Source of the DNA: Spirochaetia bacterium
Lineage (GTDB): Bacteria > Spirochaetota > Spirochaetia > SZUA-6 > Bin103
Assembly (NCBI GenBank): GCA_965203905.1
Contig: CBDBDQ010000005.1
Location: 2,176,001 to 2,240,000, forward strand
Length of the DNA: 64,000 nucleotides
Direction: 5' to 3'
Part shown: piece after piece, positions 41,095 through 51,111 of the stretch
Position numbering within the stretch: position 1 is the stretch's first letter
Layout: every line of letters begins with the position of its first letter
The notes under the pieces: generated by a model
The model's database searches: none
Told to the model about the DNA's origin: nothing
What the model saw: the letters and a program-made list of their open reading frames with translations, nothing else
Program-made: the position numbers and the translations under genes

Positions 41095-42462
41095 ATGAAG
41101 ATCACGTTCATCGGGGCCGGCTCCACCGTCTTCGTGAAGAACATCATCGGCGACTGCATGCTGGCCGAGCCGCTGCGCGACGCCACGGTCGCGCTGTACG
41201 ACATCGATGCCCGGCGGCTGCAGGAGTCGAAGGCGATGCTGGACACGCTGAACGGCAATATCAACGCAGCGCGCGCCACCATCGAGACCTATTTGGGTAC
41301 GGAGGCGCGTCAGGAAGCACTGCGTGGGGCCGACTTCGTGGTCAACGCAATCCAGGTGGGCGGCTACGAGCCGAGCACGGTGATCGACTTCGAGGTGCCC
41401 AAGAAGTACGGGCTGCGCCAGACCATCGCCGATACCCTGGGCATCGGCGGCATCTTCCGCGCCTTGCGCACCATTCCGGTGATGCTCGACTTCGCCCGCG
41501 ACATGGAGGAGGTGGCCCCGGACGCCTGGCTGCTGAACTACACCAACCCGATGGCGATGGTGATGGGCGCGGTGCTGCACGCGACCGGGGTGCGTGCGGT
41601 GGGGCTGTGCCACTCGGTGCAGGCGTGCGTGCCGAAGCTGCTGGGAAGGCTGGGCATGGAGCACGATCCGGCCGCCACCAAGTGGCAGATCGCCGGCATC
41701 AATCACCAGGCGTGGCTGCTGGAGCTGAAGGCGGCCGGCGCCGACCTGTACCCGGAGGTGAAGCGGCGTGCCGCCGAGATGAACTGCGCGGCGCGGGACG
41801 GCCAGGACAAGCACGACGACATGATCCGCTTCGAAATGATGCGCCACTTCGGCTACTACGTCACCGAGTCATCGGAGCACAGCGCCGAGTATTTCCCCTA
41901 CTGGATCAAGAGCACCCACCCGGAGCTGATCGCCGAGTTCAACATCCCGCTCGACGAGTACATCCGCCGCTGCATCCGGCAGCTCGAGCGCTGGCGCACG
42001 CAGAGCGCCACCATGGTCGGCAACCCCGACCTGAGCCACCAGCGCTCGGTGGAGTACGGCTCGCGCATCATGGAGGCGATCGTCACCGACCGCCCCTACC
42101 GCATCCACGGCAACATCCTCAACGACGGCTTCATCGGCAACCTGCCGGCGGGGACGTGCGTGGAGGTGCCGTCGCTGGTGGACCGCAACGGGGTGCAGGG
42201 CTGTGTGGTGGGCGACCTGCCGGAGCCGTGCGCGGCGCTCAACCGCACCAACGTCAACGTGCAGCTGCTCACCGTGGAGGCGGCGCTGGAACGGCGCCGC
42301 GACCGCATCTACCAGGCGGCCATGCTCGATCCGCACACCGCCAGCGAGCTGTCGCTGGACCAGATCGTGAGCCTGTGCGATGAGCTGATCGAAGCGCACG
42401 GCGATCTGCTGCCGGCCTACCGCAGCGATCCGCTGCCGGCCTACCGCAGCAACGGTGCGTAA
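41095..42462 (+). CDS. melA: GH4 alpha-galactosidase/alpha-glucosidase
   Basis: KITFIGAGSTVF, QTIADTLGIGGIFR, LNYTNPM, GLCHSVQ, TESSEH. Confidence 0.88.
   Translation: MKITFIGAGSTVFVKNIIGDCMLAEPLRDATVALYDIDARRLQESKAMLDTLNGNINAARATIETYLGTEARQEALRGADFVVNAIQVGGYEPSTVIDFEVPKKYGLRQTIADTLGIGGIFRALRTIPVMLDFARDMEEVAPDAWLLNYTNPMAMVMGAVLHATGVRAVGLCHSVQACVPKLLGRLGMEHDPAATKWQIAGINHQAWLLELKAAGADLYPEVKRRAAEMNCAARDGQDKHDDMIRFEMMRHFGYYVTESSEHSAEYFPYWIKSTHPELIAEFNIPLDEYIRRCIRQLERWRTQSATMVGNPDLSHQRSVEYGSRIMEAIVTDRPYRIHGNILNDGFIGNLPAGTCVEVPSLVDRNGVQGCVVGDLPEPCAALNRTNVNVQLLTVEAALERRRDRIYQAAMLDPHTASELSLDQIVSLCDELIEAHGDLLPAYRSDPLPAYRSNGA
42403..42450 (+). repeat. 24-bp in-frame tandem duplication at the GH4 C-terminus
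   Basis: GATC(T/C)GCTGCCGGCCTACCGCAGC x2, encoding DLLPAYRS/DPLPAYRS. Confidence 0.9.
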
Positions 42463-42494
42463 CCGGCGGCGGGCCTTGCCGGTGGGGCGCTGAC

Positions 42495-44000
42495 ATGGGC
42501 GGGTTGCTGCTCGGCTACGACCTGGGCAGTTCGGCGATCAAGGCGGCGCTGGTCGACGCGGAGAGCGGGCGCCAGGTGGCGGCCGCCACCTCGCCGGACA
42601 CCGAGCTGGAGATCGCAGCGCCGCGGCCGGGATGGGCGGAGCAGGATCCCGAGGTGTGGTGGCAGCACCTGGTGGCGGCGACGGCGCAGCTCGGGGACGC
42701 GTTGCGCGGCAGCGGCAGGACGCTGGCCGACGTCGACGCACTGGGCATCGCCTACCAGATGCACGGCCTGGTGCTTACCGACGCCGCCGGCGCGGTGCTG
42801 CGCCCGGCGATCATCTGGTGCGACAGCCGCGCCGTGGAGATCGGCGACCGCGCGTGCGCAGCACTTGGTCCCGAGGAGACCCTGCGCCGGCTGCTCAACT
42901 CGCCGGGCAACTTCACCGCTTCCAAGATGCGCTGGGTGATCGAGAACGAGCCGCGGGTCGCGGAATCGGCGGCGCACTTCCTGCTGCCCGGCGACTACAT
43001 CGCCTGGCGCCTGACCGGCGAGTGGGCCACCACCCCCTCCGGCCTGTCGGAGGGCATCCTGTGGGACTTCTCGCGCTCGGCGCAGGCCGACTTTCTGCTC
43101 GACCACTACGGCATCGACGCGGCGCTGCTGCCGCGGTCGGTGCCAACGTTCTCGGCACAGGGCGCGCTGACCGCGTCGGCCGCGGCCGAGCTAGGCCTGG
43201 CGGCCGGTACGCCGCTCACCTATCGTGGCGGCGATCAGCCCAACAATGCACTCTCGCTCGGCGTCCTCGAACCGGGCACCGTGGCCGCCACCGCCGGCAC
43301 CTCCGGCGTGGTGTACGGCGTGGCCGACCGCGCCGACTACGACCCCGCCTCGCGCGTCAACACCTTCGTCCACGTCAACCACCGGGAGGGGCACGCGCGC
43401 TACGGGGTGCTGCTGTGCCTGAACGGCTGCGGCATCCTCAACAGCTGGCTGCGCCGTGCCTGCGCCGGGGGCCGCGACTATCCGGCGATGAACACCGCCG
43501 CCGCCGAGGTTCCGGTGGGCGCGGACGGGGTGGTGGTGCTGCCGTTCGGCAACGGCGCCGAGCGCATGCTGGGCAACCGTGACCCCGGGGCGTCGGTACA
43601 TGGGCTGCGCTTCACCAGCCACGACCAGCGCCACCTGCTGCGCGCCGGCCAGGAGGGCGTGGCCTTCAGCCTCGCTTACGGCCTGGAGGTGATGCGCGAG
43701 GTGGGAGTGGACGCCGCCACGGTGCGCGCCGGCGCAGCGAACCTGTTTCTCAGCCCGCTGTTCCGCGAAGCGTTCGCCACCACCACCGGCGCCGTCGTCC
43801 AGTTGTACGACACCGACGGCGCCCAGGGCGCGGCGCGCGGCGCCGCCATCGGCGCCGGCATCCACGACTACGACTCCGCGTTCAGCAGCCTCGCCGTCGC
43901 CCGCACCGTGGCGCCGAGCACGGCACTGACATCCGCCTACGCGGACGCCTACGAGCGCTGGCGGACTCGCCTCGACACCGCCCTGGGTGGCGTTCCTTGA
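42495..44000 (+). CDS. FGGY carbohydrate kinase (xylulokinase-like)
   Basis: LGYDLGSSAIKA, AEQDP..WW, YQMHG, IIWCDSR, GGDQP, GTSGV. Confidence 0.88.
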   Translation: MGGLLLGYDLGSSAIKAALVDAESGRQVAAATSPDTELEIAAPRPGWAEQDPEVWWQHLVAATAQLGDALRGSGRTLADVDALGIAYQMHGLVLTDAAGAVLRPAIIWCDSRAVEIGDRACAALGPEETLRRLLNSPGNFTASKMRWVIENEPRVAESAAHFLLPGDYIAWRLTGEWATTPSGLSEGILWDFSRSAQADFLLDHYGIDAALLPRSVPTFSAQGALTASAAAELGLAAGTPLTYRGGDQPNNALSLGVLEPGTVAATAGTSGVVYGVADRADYDPASRVNTFVHVNHREGHARYGVLLCLNGCGILNSWLRRACAGGRDYPAMNTAAAEVPVGADGVVVLPFGNGAERMLGNRDPGASVHGLRFTSHDQRHLLRAGQEGVAFSLAYGLEVMREVGVDAATVRAGAANLFLSPLFREAFATTTGAVVQLYDTDGAQGAARGAAIGAGIHDYDSAFSSLAVARTVAPSTALTSAYADAYERWRTRLDTALGGVP

Positions 44001-44020
44001 CCCTCAGACGTACATGAAGT

Positions 44021-44221
44021 ATGCGAAAGGTAAGGGATGCCATCCGGATGGTGGAGCGGGACGGCTGGTACCAAGTAAGAACACGCGGTAGCCATCTGCA
44101 ATACCATCACGCGGAGAAACCGGGTACCGTGACCATTTCCGGTAAACCCGGAGATGATGTGTCGCCAGCGATGTGGCTCAGTATACTGCGGCAAGCGGGA
44201 CTCAGGGAGAGCGGAGAATGA
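44021..44221 (+). CDS. hicA: HicA-family toxin
   Basis: DGWY.VRTRGSH.QY.H..KPG.VTI...SILRQAGL. Confidence 0.9.
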   Translation: MRKVRDAIRMVERDGWYQVRTRGSHLQYHHAEKPGTVTISGKPGDDVSPAMWLSILRQAGLRESGE

Positions 44222-44538
44222 AGCTGAAGTATGCCGTGGTGTATGAACAGACTCCGAACAACTACGGTGCCTATGTCCCCGATCTGCCCGGCTGCATCAG
44301 CACCGGTGCCAGCCGGCGTGAGATTCAGGACAACATCCGCGAGGCTATCGAATTTCACATTGAGGGGTTGCTGGAGAGTGGCGACTCGGTACCGAATCCT
44401 CGGATGTCGATTGGGGACGCCATGACATTCCACAGCGAGGTGCTGAGCGAACAGGGCGGCTCCGCTCCGCAACTGGAGACCACGGTAGCGATGGTTGAGA
44501 TTGAGGTAACGCCGTCACGGGCAGCCGGAGTACGTTGA
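44218..44538 (+). CDS. hicB: HicB-family antitoxin
   Basis: YAVVYE...YGAYVPDLPGC.S.G...NIREAIEFHIE; ATGA overlap with hicA. Confidence 0.9.
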   Translation: MKLKYAVVYEQTPNNYGAYVPDLPGCISTGASRREIQDNIREAIEFHIEGLLESGDSVPNPRMSIGDAMTFHSEVLSEQGGSAPQLETTVAMVEIEVTPSRAAGVR

Positions 44539-44566
44539 CTCCCTCGCTGGCACAAGTTCGACGCCA

Positions 44567-45286
44567 GTGATCGCTACCTACATCAATGCCTCCGCCGTGA
44601 TCGTCGGCGCGCTGATCGGCCTGTTGCTGCGCCGCGCCATCAGCGACCGGTTTCGTGACGTGGTGACCAGTGGCATCGGGGTGATCACCCTGGTGCTCGG
44701 CTTTCGCCTCGGCTTCGAGTCGCAGCAGATCGTCTACCTGGCCCTGTCGGTGGCGATCGGCGGCCTGCTCGGCGAGTGGTGGAAGATCGAGCAGGGCGTC
44801 ACCGGGCTCGGAGCCGCGCTGCACCGGCTGCTGTGGCGCCGCGAGACGGGCGCGCGGTCCGCGGCGGACGGCCGGCGCGGGTTCGCGGTCGCCTTCCTGA
44901 ACGCCTCGGTGCTGTTCTGCGTGGGCGCGATGACGCTGGTGGGCTCGTTCCGCGCCGGCGTCGACGGTGACTACGAGTTGCTGCTGACCAAGTCCGTGCT
45001 CGACGGTTTCATGGCGGTGCTGCTGACCGCGGCAATGGGTATCGGCGTCGCCTTCGCCAGCCTGGTGATCCTGGTCTACCAGGGCGGCTTGACGCTGCTC
45101 AGCCGCGTGCTGCAGCCGCTGGTCTCCGCCGCGCTGATGGCGGAGCTGAGCGCCGTGGGCGGCGTGCTCATCGTCATGATCGGGATCAACCTGCTCGGGC
45201 TGCGCCAGCTCAAGACCGCCAACTTCCTGCCTGCGTTCCCCGTCATGGTGGCCCTCATGGCCCTGGGCCCCCTTGGATTTCTGTAA
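44567..45286 (+). CDS. DUF554-family membrane protein
   Basis: NASVLFCVGAM, KSVLDG, YQGGLT, ANFLPA. Confidence 0.88.
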   Translation: MIATYINASAVIVGALIGLLLRRAISDRFRDVVTSGIGVITLVLGFRLGFESQQIVYLALSVAIGGLLGEWWKIEQGVTGLGAALHRLLWRRETGARSAADGRRGFAVAFLNASVLFCVGAMTLVGSFRAGVDGDYELLLTKSVLDGFMAVLLTAAMGIGVAFASLVILVYQGGLTLLSRVLQPLVSAALMAELSAVGGVLIVMIGINLLGLRQLKTANFLPAFPVMVALMALGPLGFL

Positions 45287-45295
45287 CCGTCGCGG

Positions 45296-46333
45296 TCAGC
45301 CGGCTACGTCGATTACCACCTTGAGGGCCTGGCGCTCTCCCTTGGCCAGGGCAGTCATCATCGCCGGCACCTCGTCCAGGGTGCAGCGGCCCTCGATGAA
45401 GCCGGACAGCTCGCGTTGCAGGCCGCCCAGCATAGCCACCGCGTCGCCGAAGGCGCGCCGGTCGAAGCCGTAGGTCCCGACCAGGGTCCATTCGTAGCTG
45501 ATCATGTCCTGCACTGACAGCGGCACCTCCTTGGCGAGGTTGCCGATCATCAGCACGGTGCCGCCCTCCGCCACCATGCCCACGGCGCTGACGAAGGATG
45601 CGCGGCTACCCACGGCGTCGACCACCACATCGGGCGGCTCGCCGAGTGCCGCGGTTACCGCCGCGCTGGTATCTTCTGCCGCGGCGTCGGCCGCGATCGG
45701 AACCGCCGTCGCCCCCAACCCGGCAGCGCGCTCCGCCTTGGCGGCGATGGTGTCCAGCGAAGCGATCCGCTGCGCGCCGCGGGCGCGCGCCACCAGCACG
45801 CCCGCCATGCCGATGGTGCCGGCGCCGAGAATTGCCACCCGGCGCGGCGTCACGTTGCGCGCCTCCAGCCGGTGCCAGCCGTGCAGCACCACGCCCAGCG
45901 GTTCCGCCAGCAGGCCGATCTCGCTCGGCACGCCGTCGGCCAGCGGGATCAGGTTGGCCGTGGGGACCGCGACGTACTCCGCCATCGCCCCGCGCTTGCC
46001 CAGGTTCACCCCTATGAGCTGCTTGTTGAGGAACGACGGATCGCCCTCCTCAGGGCTCGGCGCGTGCTCCGCGATGATGTTGTAGAGCGCCACCCGCGTG
46101 CCCACGGGCGGGGCGTCGGCGCCGGGACCGAGCTCTGCGACGGTGCCGCTTACCTCATGGCCCATCACCATGCCGGGGGCGCGGCGGCCGCTCTCCCCGG
46201 TGAAACCGTGCACGTCACTGCCGCAGATGCCCACCGTATCCACCCGCAGCAACGCTTCTCCGCCGGCCGGCTCCGGCGTCGGCAGGTCGACCACCTCCAT
46301 GTCCCACGGCCCGTTGTAGACAACAGCTTTCAT
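45296..46333 (-). CDS. Zinc-binding (MDR) dehydrogenase
   Basis: GICGSDVH, MGHE, AEPL, GAGTIG. Confidence 0.88.
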   Translation of the reverse strand: MKAVVYNGPWDMEVVDLPTPEPAGGEALLRVDTVGICGSDVHGFTGESGRRAPGMVMGHEVSGTVAELGPGADAPPVGTRVALYNIIAEHAPSPEEGDPSFLNKQLIGVNLGKRGAMAEYVAVPTANLIPLADGVPSEIGLLAEPLGVVLHGWHRLEARNVTPRRVAILGAGTIGMAGVLVARARGAQRIASLDTIAAKAERAAGLGATAVPIAADAAAEDTSAAVTAALGEPPDVVVDAVGSRASFVSAVGMVAEGGTVLMIGNLAKEVPLSVQDMISYEWTLVGTYGFDRRAFGDAVAMLGGLQRELSGFIEGRCTLDEVPAMMTALAKGERQALKVVIDVAG

Positions 46334-46556
46334 CGGGGCCGAGCATAGCACGGGAGCGGTGGACTGATACGCGCGTTCCATAGGCGCATGGTCCTGCGAG
46401 CCTACTACCGCTTCCGCTCTGGTCGAACCTGACGCTGTCCCGGTGCACAGCCTGCCCCTTGCGGTCCCGGCAAAGCCTCGTATCATAAGCAGGGTGAGGA
46501 CCACTCCCAGCGAGTTCGCATCGGCGGACATCCGTTACGAACGGGGCAACCGGGAC

Positions 46557-47607
46557 TTGCTACGACACTTCTCAGCAGTTTCAGCGCTGTTCGCTACAAG
46601 GGCATAGACGGCCTGCCATTGCCCCGTCTCTCTCAGGCCAATCTCATCACTGGGGTCAATGGCGTGGGCAAGACGGCGTTGATCGAAGCTATCTGGCTGT
46701 TCATGGGGCGATACAACCCTTCCCTCTTGTGGAACGCTAACGTCCAACGCGCACGCAACCCGGTACGCAACCCAGTCGACAGGCTTTCTGGCCCGGTGCT
46801 GGAGCTCTTCGGAACGGAAAGCGGGCTGGACCATAGCGTACGCTGGACGTTCGAGCGCGTGTCGGAGTTCGTACAGCCGCTGACGGTGGGTGAAGACGCC
46901 GACCGGATAATGCAGCTTCCCGTTGTCGGCCGCATCGACACTTTCTTGGACGGCGCCCTCGCAAAGGGTAGCATTGGCGGTATGCAGCCGACGCCTGGGG
47001 GCGTGGTAATGCACGAGAATCCGTTGCCGAACGGTGCTCGACCGAACTGTGTCATCGAGGGTACGCGGTATCAACTTGAAACGCCCGGTGAATTCCTGCG
47101 GCGCTACTCCGATCTGGTCAGAGAGAAGCGCAAGCAAGAGCTCAAGGATGCGATGAGCATGATTCTTCCGGCGGTGCGTGATTTCGAGATTCTGACCGAT
47201 GAGAAGGGCGATTCGTACCTTTCAGGAGTAACGGCAGACGGAAAGCAGCTGCCGCTCCATGATCTCGGCGGAGGAGTTGTCAGACTCTGCCAGCTGCTAC
47301 TGAGCTGCTTTGCATCTCGTGGGGGTATCCTGCTTGCGGATGAGATGGAAAACGGCATGCACCACTCAGCGCTCCCAGAAGTGTGGAATCGCGCCCGTCA
47401 GTGGATGCGAGAGTGGAGCGTCCAGCTCGTGGCGACGACTCACAGCGCGGAATGGATCGAAGCCGCGACCAATGCGTTTGAGGACGCTCCCGATGATCTG
47501 TCCGTGCATAGATTGTTTACCAACCGTGAAACGCACAACGTAGAGGCGGTTACTTTACCGGCGATACGCTTGAGGGAGCGCGCGATCTCAACCTGGAGAT
47601 CCGGTAG
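46557..47607 (+). pseudogene. AAA_15/AAA_21-type ATPase, frameshifted
   Basis: YKGI..L, ITGVNGVGKT, LGGG, LADEMENGMH, ATTHS; frameshifts near 46580 and 47555 (restored end ...DLNLEIR*). Confidence 0.75.
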
Positions 47608-48253
47608 TGCGGAAGATTCGCAAGCAACGGCTATTGTTGGTTGAGGGCAGGGATGAGGTAAATCTGTTTTGTGCGATGATCCGTGACTGTTTTGACGACG
47701 ATCCCGGCATACAAGTGATCGACGCAGGATGGAAGGACAAGTTCAGCCGAAACCTGAGAGCCATTAAGGCAGCAGCGACGGCGGGACCCGCCCTGCAGTC
47801 GATTGGCGTCGTCCGTGATGCTGACGACGACGCTAGCGCCGCCTTCGACAGCGTGTGCGATGGCATCCGGAGCGCGAACTATGAACCGCCAGCGAACCAT
47901 ATGGTGAGTTTTCCAACGCCCTGCCAGCGATTGGTGTGTTCATCGTACCGGACGGCACCAGTACGGGCGCCGTCGAGACCCTCTGTCGCCGGTCGCGTCA
48001 GGGGAATGTCACGGCAGTATGCGTTGACGACTATCTCAAGTGTCTGGAAGAGAGTCACGCTACGAGTTCAAAGAACACCGACAAGAGCTTTGCTCATGCT
48101 TATCTCGCCGCCATGGAGGATCCTATGGCGCGGGTAGGCGAAGGCGCTTTGCAGGGTGTATGGAATTTCACATCTTCGGCGTTCACACCGCTCGCGGGTT
48201 TTCTCCACCAGCTCGCCCTGCGTGCGGGCGGAATACCTCAAGCTCCGTCATAA
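47607..48253 (+). pseudogene. DUF3226-like TOPRIM-fold partner, frameshifted
   Basis: LLVEG.DE, IGVVRDAD, IGVFIVPD...G.VETL, K...HAYLA; extra AT near 47900 shifts the frame. Confidence 0.7.
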
Positions 48254-48449
48254 CGACGCGCCGCTGGCGGACGCGGGCGGTCGCCTGTGTCACTGCGGCG
48301 TTGGAGCGTTCAAGTGCCTCCAAGTGCGTTGACGCCGCATCATCGCGTAGGGACCGTCGCAAACGCACCGGTGGGAACGTACGAAATGTGTGTTGGCTCG
48401 CCCGCTTGGCGCGAGTGCCCCGACAGCGTAGCCTTGGCGGCGGGAAACC

Positions 48450-49361
48450 ATGCCCGAATTGCCATCGGTAACCGTATACGTTGAGCATCTGCGCCGCCGC
48501 ACCGTGGGCCGCACGTTGCAGCGCGTGCGCATCGCGAGTCCCTTCGTGCTGCGTTCCCACGATCCACCGATCAAAGCCGCGGACGGCAAGCAGGTACACG
48601 CCGTCGACCGTCTCGGCAAGCGCATCGTGTTCACGCTGAGCGACGAGCTGTTCCTGGTGCTGCACCTGATGATCGCCGGCCGCCTGCGCTGGCACGACGG
48701 GAGCGCGGCCGCCAAGATTCCGCGCAAGGTGGGGCTGGCCGGCTTCCAGTTCGACACCGGCACCCTGATCCTTACCGAGGCGGGCAGCAAGCGGCGTGCT
48801 TCGCTGCACCTGGTGGCGGGTGCCGCGGCGCTGGCCGAGCACGACCGCGGCGGGCTGGAGATCCAGGACGCCGACGCCGTTGCATTCCGAGAAGCGCTGC
48901 TGCGGGAGAACCACACCCTGAAGCGCGCGCTGGCCGATCCGCGCCTGTTCTCCGGCGTGGGCAACGCCTTCTCCGACGAGATCCTGCACCGCGCCGGGCT
49001 GTCCCCCCTGCAGCTCACCCAGCGCATGACAGAACCGCAGATTGACAAGCTGCGCCACGCCTGCGTTGACGTCCTCGGCGAGTGGGTGGAACTCCTGCGC
49101 GCCGAGAGCGGGGAGGCTTTTCCGAAGAAGGTGACCGCATTCCACCCGCGGATGGCGGTGCACGGCAAGTACGGGCAACCCTGTCCGGTGTGCGCCACGC
49201 CCGTGCAGCGCATCGTCTACGCCAACAACGAGAGCAACTACTGCCCGCGCTGCCAGACCGGCGGCAAGCTGCTCGCCGACCGCTCCCTCTCCCGGCTGCT
49301 CAAATCCGACTGGCCGCGCAGCGTCGAGGAACTGGAAGAACTCCGTAGACCCCGCCCCTGA
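48450..49361 (+). CDS. Fpg/Nei-family DNA glycosylase
   Basis: MPELP, R.GK, HLMIAG, SGVGNAFSDEIL, C-terminal CPVC...YCPRCQ zinc finger. Confidence 0.92.
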   Translation: MPELPSVTVYVEHLRRRTVGRTLQRVRIASPFVLRSHDPPIKAADGKQVHAVDRLGKRIVFTLSDELFLVLHLMIAGRLRWHDGSAAAKIPRKVGLAGFQFDTGTLILTEAGSKRRASLHLVAGAAALAEHDRGGLEIQDADAVAFREALLRENHTLKRALADPRLFSGVGNAFSDEILHRAGLSPLQLTQRMTEPQIDKLRHACVDVLGEWVELLRAESGEAFPKKVTAFHPRMAVHGKYGQPCPVCATPVQRIVYANNESNYCPRCQTGGKLLADRSLSRLLKSDWPRSVEELEELRRPRP

Positions 49362-49378
49362 GGGAGGAGGCGCCCTGC

Positions 49379-49837
49379 TCAACCAAAGAGCCGTCGCAAC
49401 CAGTCTCCAAGCTGGACCGCAGCGGGCGCCCCGGCATTCAGGTCCCTGGCCCCGATTGCGGACCCCATCTTCCGTGGCTCCTCTCGTGTGGCCAACCACG
49501 AATGAACCTTGGCGCGAAGTGTCTTTCCTGTGGCGAACTTGCGGTCAGCAACCGGTATCCCGTCGATATAGGTCTCGGATCGTGGCCACACCGGATCGTT
49601 GGTCGGAATCATGCCCGCGATGAACTCCTCCAGTTCGCCGGACGATACGTTGTTGGGCATCAACCAGATCCCGATTCGGGGCCTGTTGTCGATGATGGTC
49701 CCGGATGGGACAGTTGTCTTGCCGACGCCGTTCTTTCCGGCGAGCAGAGTCACGCGTCCGAGATGAGGGATTTTCAGTTGGTCAATCCCTCGGAATCCAT
49801 CGATGGTCAAGTTCGGAAGGTGAAGGGGGTCAGGCAT
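49379..49837 (-). pseudogene. In-frame fusion remnant: AAA ATPase N-terminus joined to DUF3226 C-terminus
   Basis: FRGI..L..LGRVTLLAGKNGVGKTTV joined directly to RIGIWLMPNN..GELEEF...KVHSWLATREEP..MG.AI. Confidence 0.75.
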
Positions 49838-49914
49838 ACTACACCGTCGGCCGAGAGGGTCGCTGCTGAAGGTCTATTGTAGCACCTGCACGGCTGACGT
49901 GTCGCAAGCTACGG

Positions 49915-50847
49915 TTAGCGCGGTGAGCGCCGCGACGTGATGGCGTTCAGCACGGCCTTCGACACGGTGCAGACCATCGTGTAGGCGGGGTCGAACATGT
50001 TGCCGAGCTGGTAGCCGACGGCCTGGCCGAGGACGATGTGGGCCAGGTGGCGGTCGAGGCCGTAGTCCTCCACCAGCCAGCGCAGCATCTCCGTGGTGGC
50101 GTGCTGCACGCACTGGTCGAGGGGACGGGCGTTGCCCAGGGTGGCGATGAACTGGGGCGCTTGCGCCCGTGGCCAGCCGATGGAGCGGCCCTTGTGCAAC
50201 TCGACGCGGAACACCACGTCGGCGGAGATCTCGATGCCGGTGCCGACGATCTCGCCGTCGCCCTGGACCGCGTGCACGTCGCCGAGGGCGAACAGGGCGC
50301 CCGGCTCGAACACTGGGAACAGGGCGGTGACCCCGGCGCGGAAGCCGTTCCAGTCCATGTTGCCGCCGTGGCGCTCGGAGGTGGCGGTGGAGATCGCCTG
50401 GTGCCGCGCCGGCGCGACGCCGAAGCAGCCGATCATCGGCGCCAGCGGCAGGCGCCAGTGCTCCAGGCCGGGCAGGTCCAGGGGCGAGGCGACGCCGGCA
50501 GCGACGTCCACCGCCCATTCGATGCGTTCCGGCAGGTCGCCGGGCAGGGTGGGGTGGCCGGGGTCGAGCACGTTGGACGCCACCCAGGACTTGGTGTAGC
50601 CGCGGTCGCGGTTGGGGCGGATCAACTCCAGGTGCACCGCCAGCGTGTCTCCCGGCTCGGCACCGGCCACTCGGAACGGACCGGTCTGTGGGTTGCCGGA
50701 CGGGGTCACGGCGTGCCCGTCGGCATCGCAGCCGCCGGCATCGACGGTGGTGGTGGCCACCCGGTCGCCGGGTTCGATGGTAAGCACCGGATCATGCGGA
50801 CCGAGGGTGGTGTGATAGTGGGTGGGAAAGAACTGATGATCGGCCAA
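49915..50847 (-). CDS. Acetamidase/formamidase-family protein
   Basis: NPQTGP..V.GAEPGD, PMIGCFG, HGGNMD, GDVHAVQGDGE; TTG start after AGGAG. Confidence 0.88.
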   Translation of the reverse strand: MADHQFFPTHYHTTLGPHDPVLTIEPGDRVATTTVDAGGCDADGHAVTPSGNPQTGPFRVAGAEPGDTLAVHLELIRPNRDRGYTKSWVASNVLDPGHPTLPGDLPERIEWAVDVAAGVASPLDLPGLEHWRLPLAPMIGCFGVAPARHQAISTATSERHGGNMDWNGFRAGVTALFPVFEPGALFALGDVHAVQGDGEIVGTGIEISADVVFRVELHKGRSIGWPRAQAPQFIATLGNARPLDQCVQHATTEMLRWLVEDYGLDRHLAHIVLGQAVGYQLGNMFDPAYTMVCTVSKAVLNAITSRRSPR

Positions 50848-51111
50848 CGGCGGACTCCTGCAGTTGCGCGAACGGGGTTGCCCGCGCGGATTGACCACAG
50901 GATACCCTCACGCGGCGCGCTTGGCAGGTACCATTGACAGGCAGCGGGGACCCCGATGTCGACACCGGCGCGCTGGGTGGAGGACCACCTGCTCGGGGCT
51001 GGAACTCGCCGCAGCCGTGGAGCGGGAGTTGCGCGGGCGCGGCATGTACGACCTAACGGTGCGCCGCTCCAGCCCTACGGGCGGCCACCGCTACGCGGGT
51101 TGCCTGATCGG

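Noticed and set aside
48450-49361. Assignment as canonical mutM
   Set aside because: PELPSV, HLMIAG and the C-terminal extension indicate a paralogous Fpg/Nei subfamily
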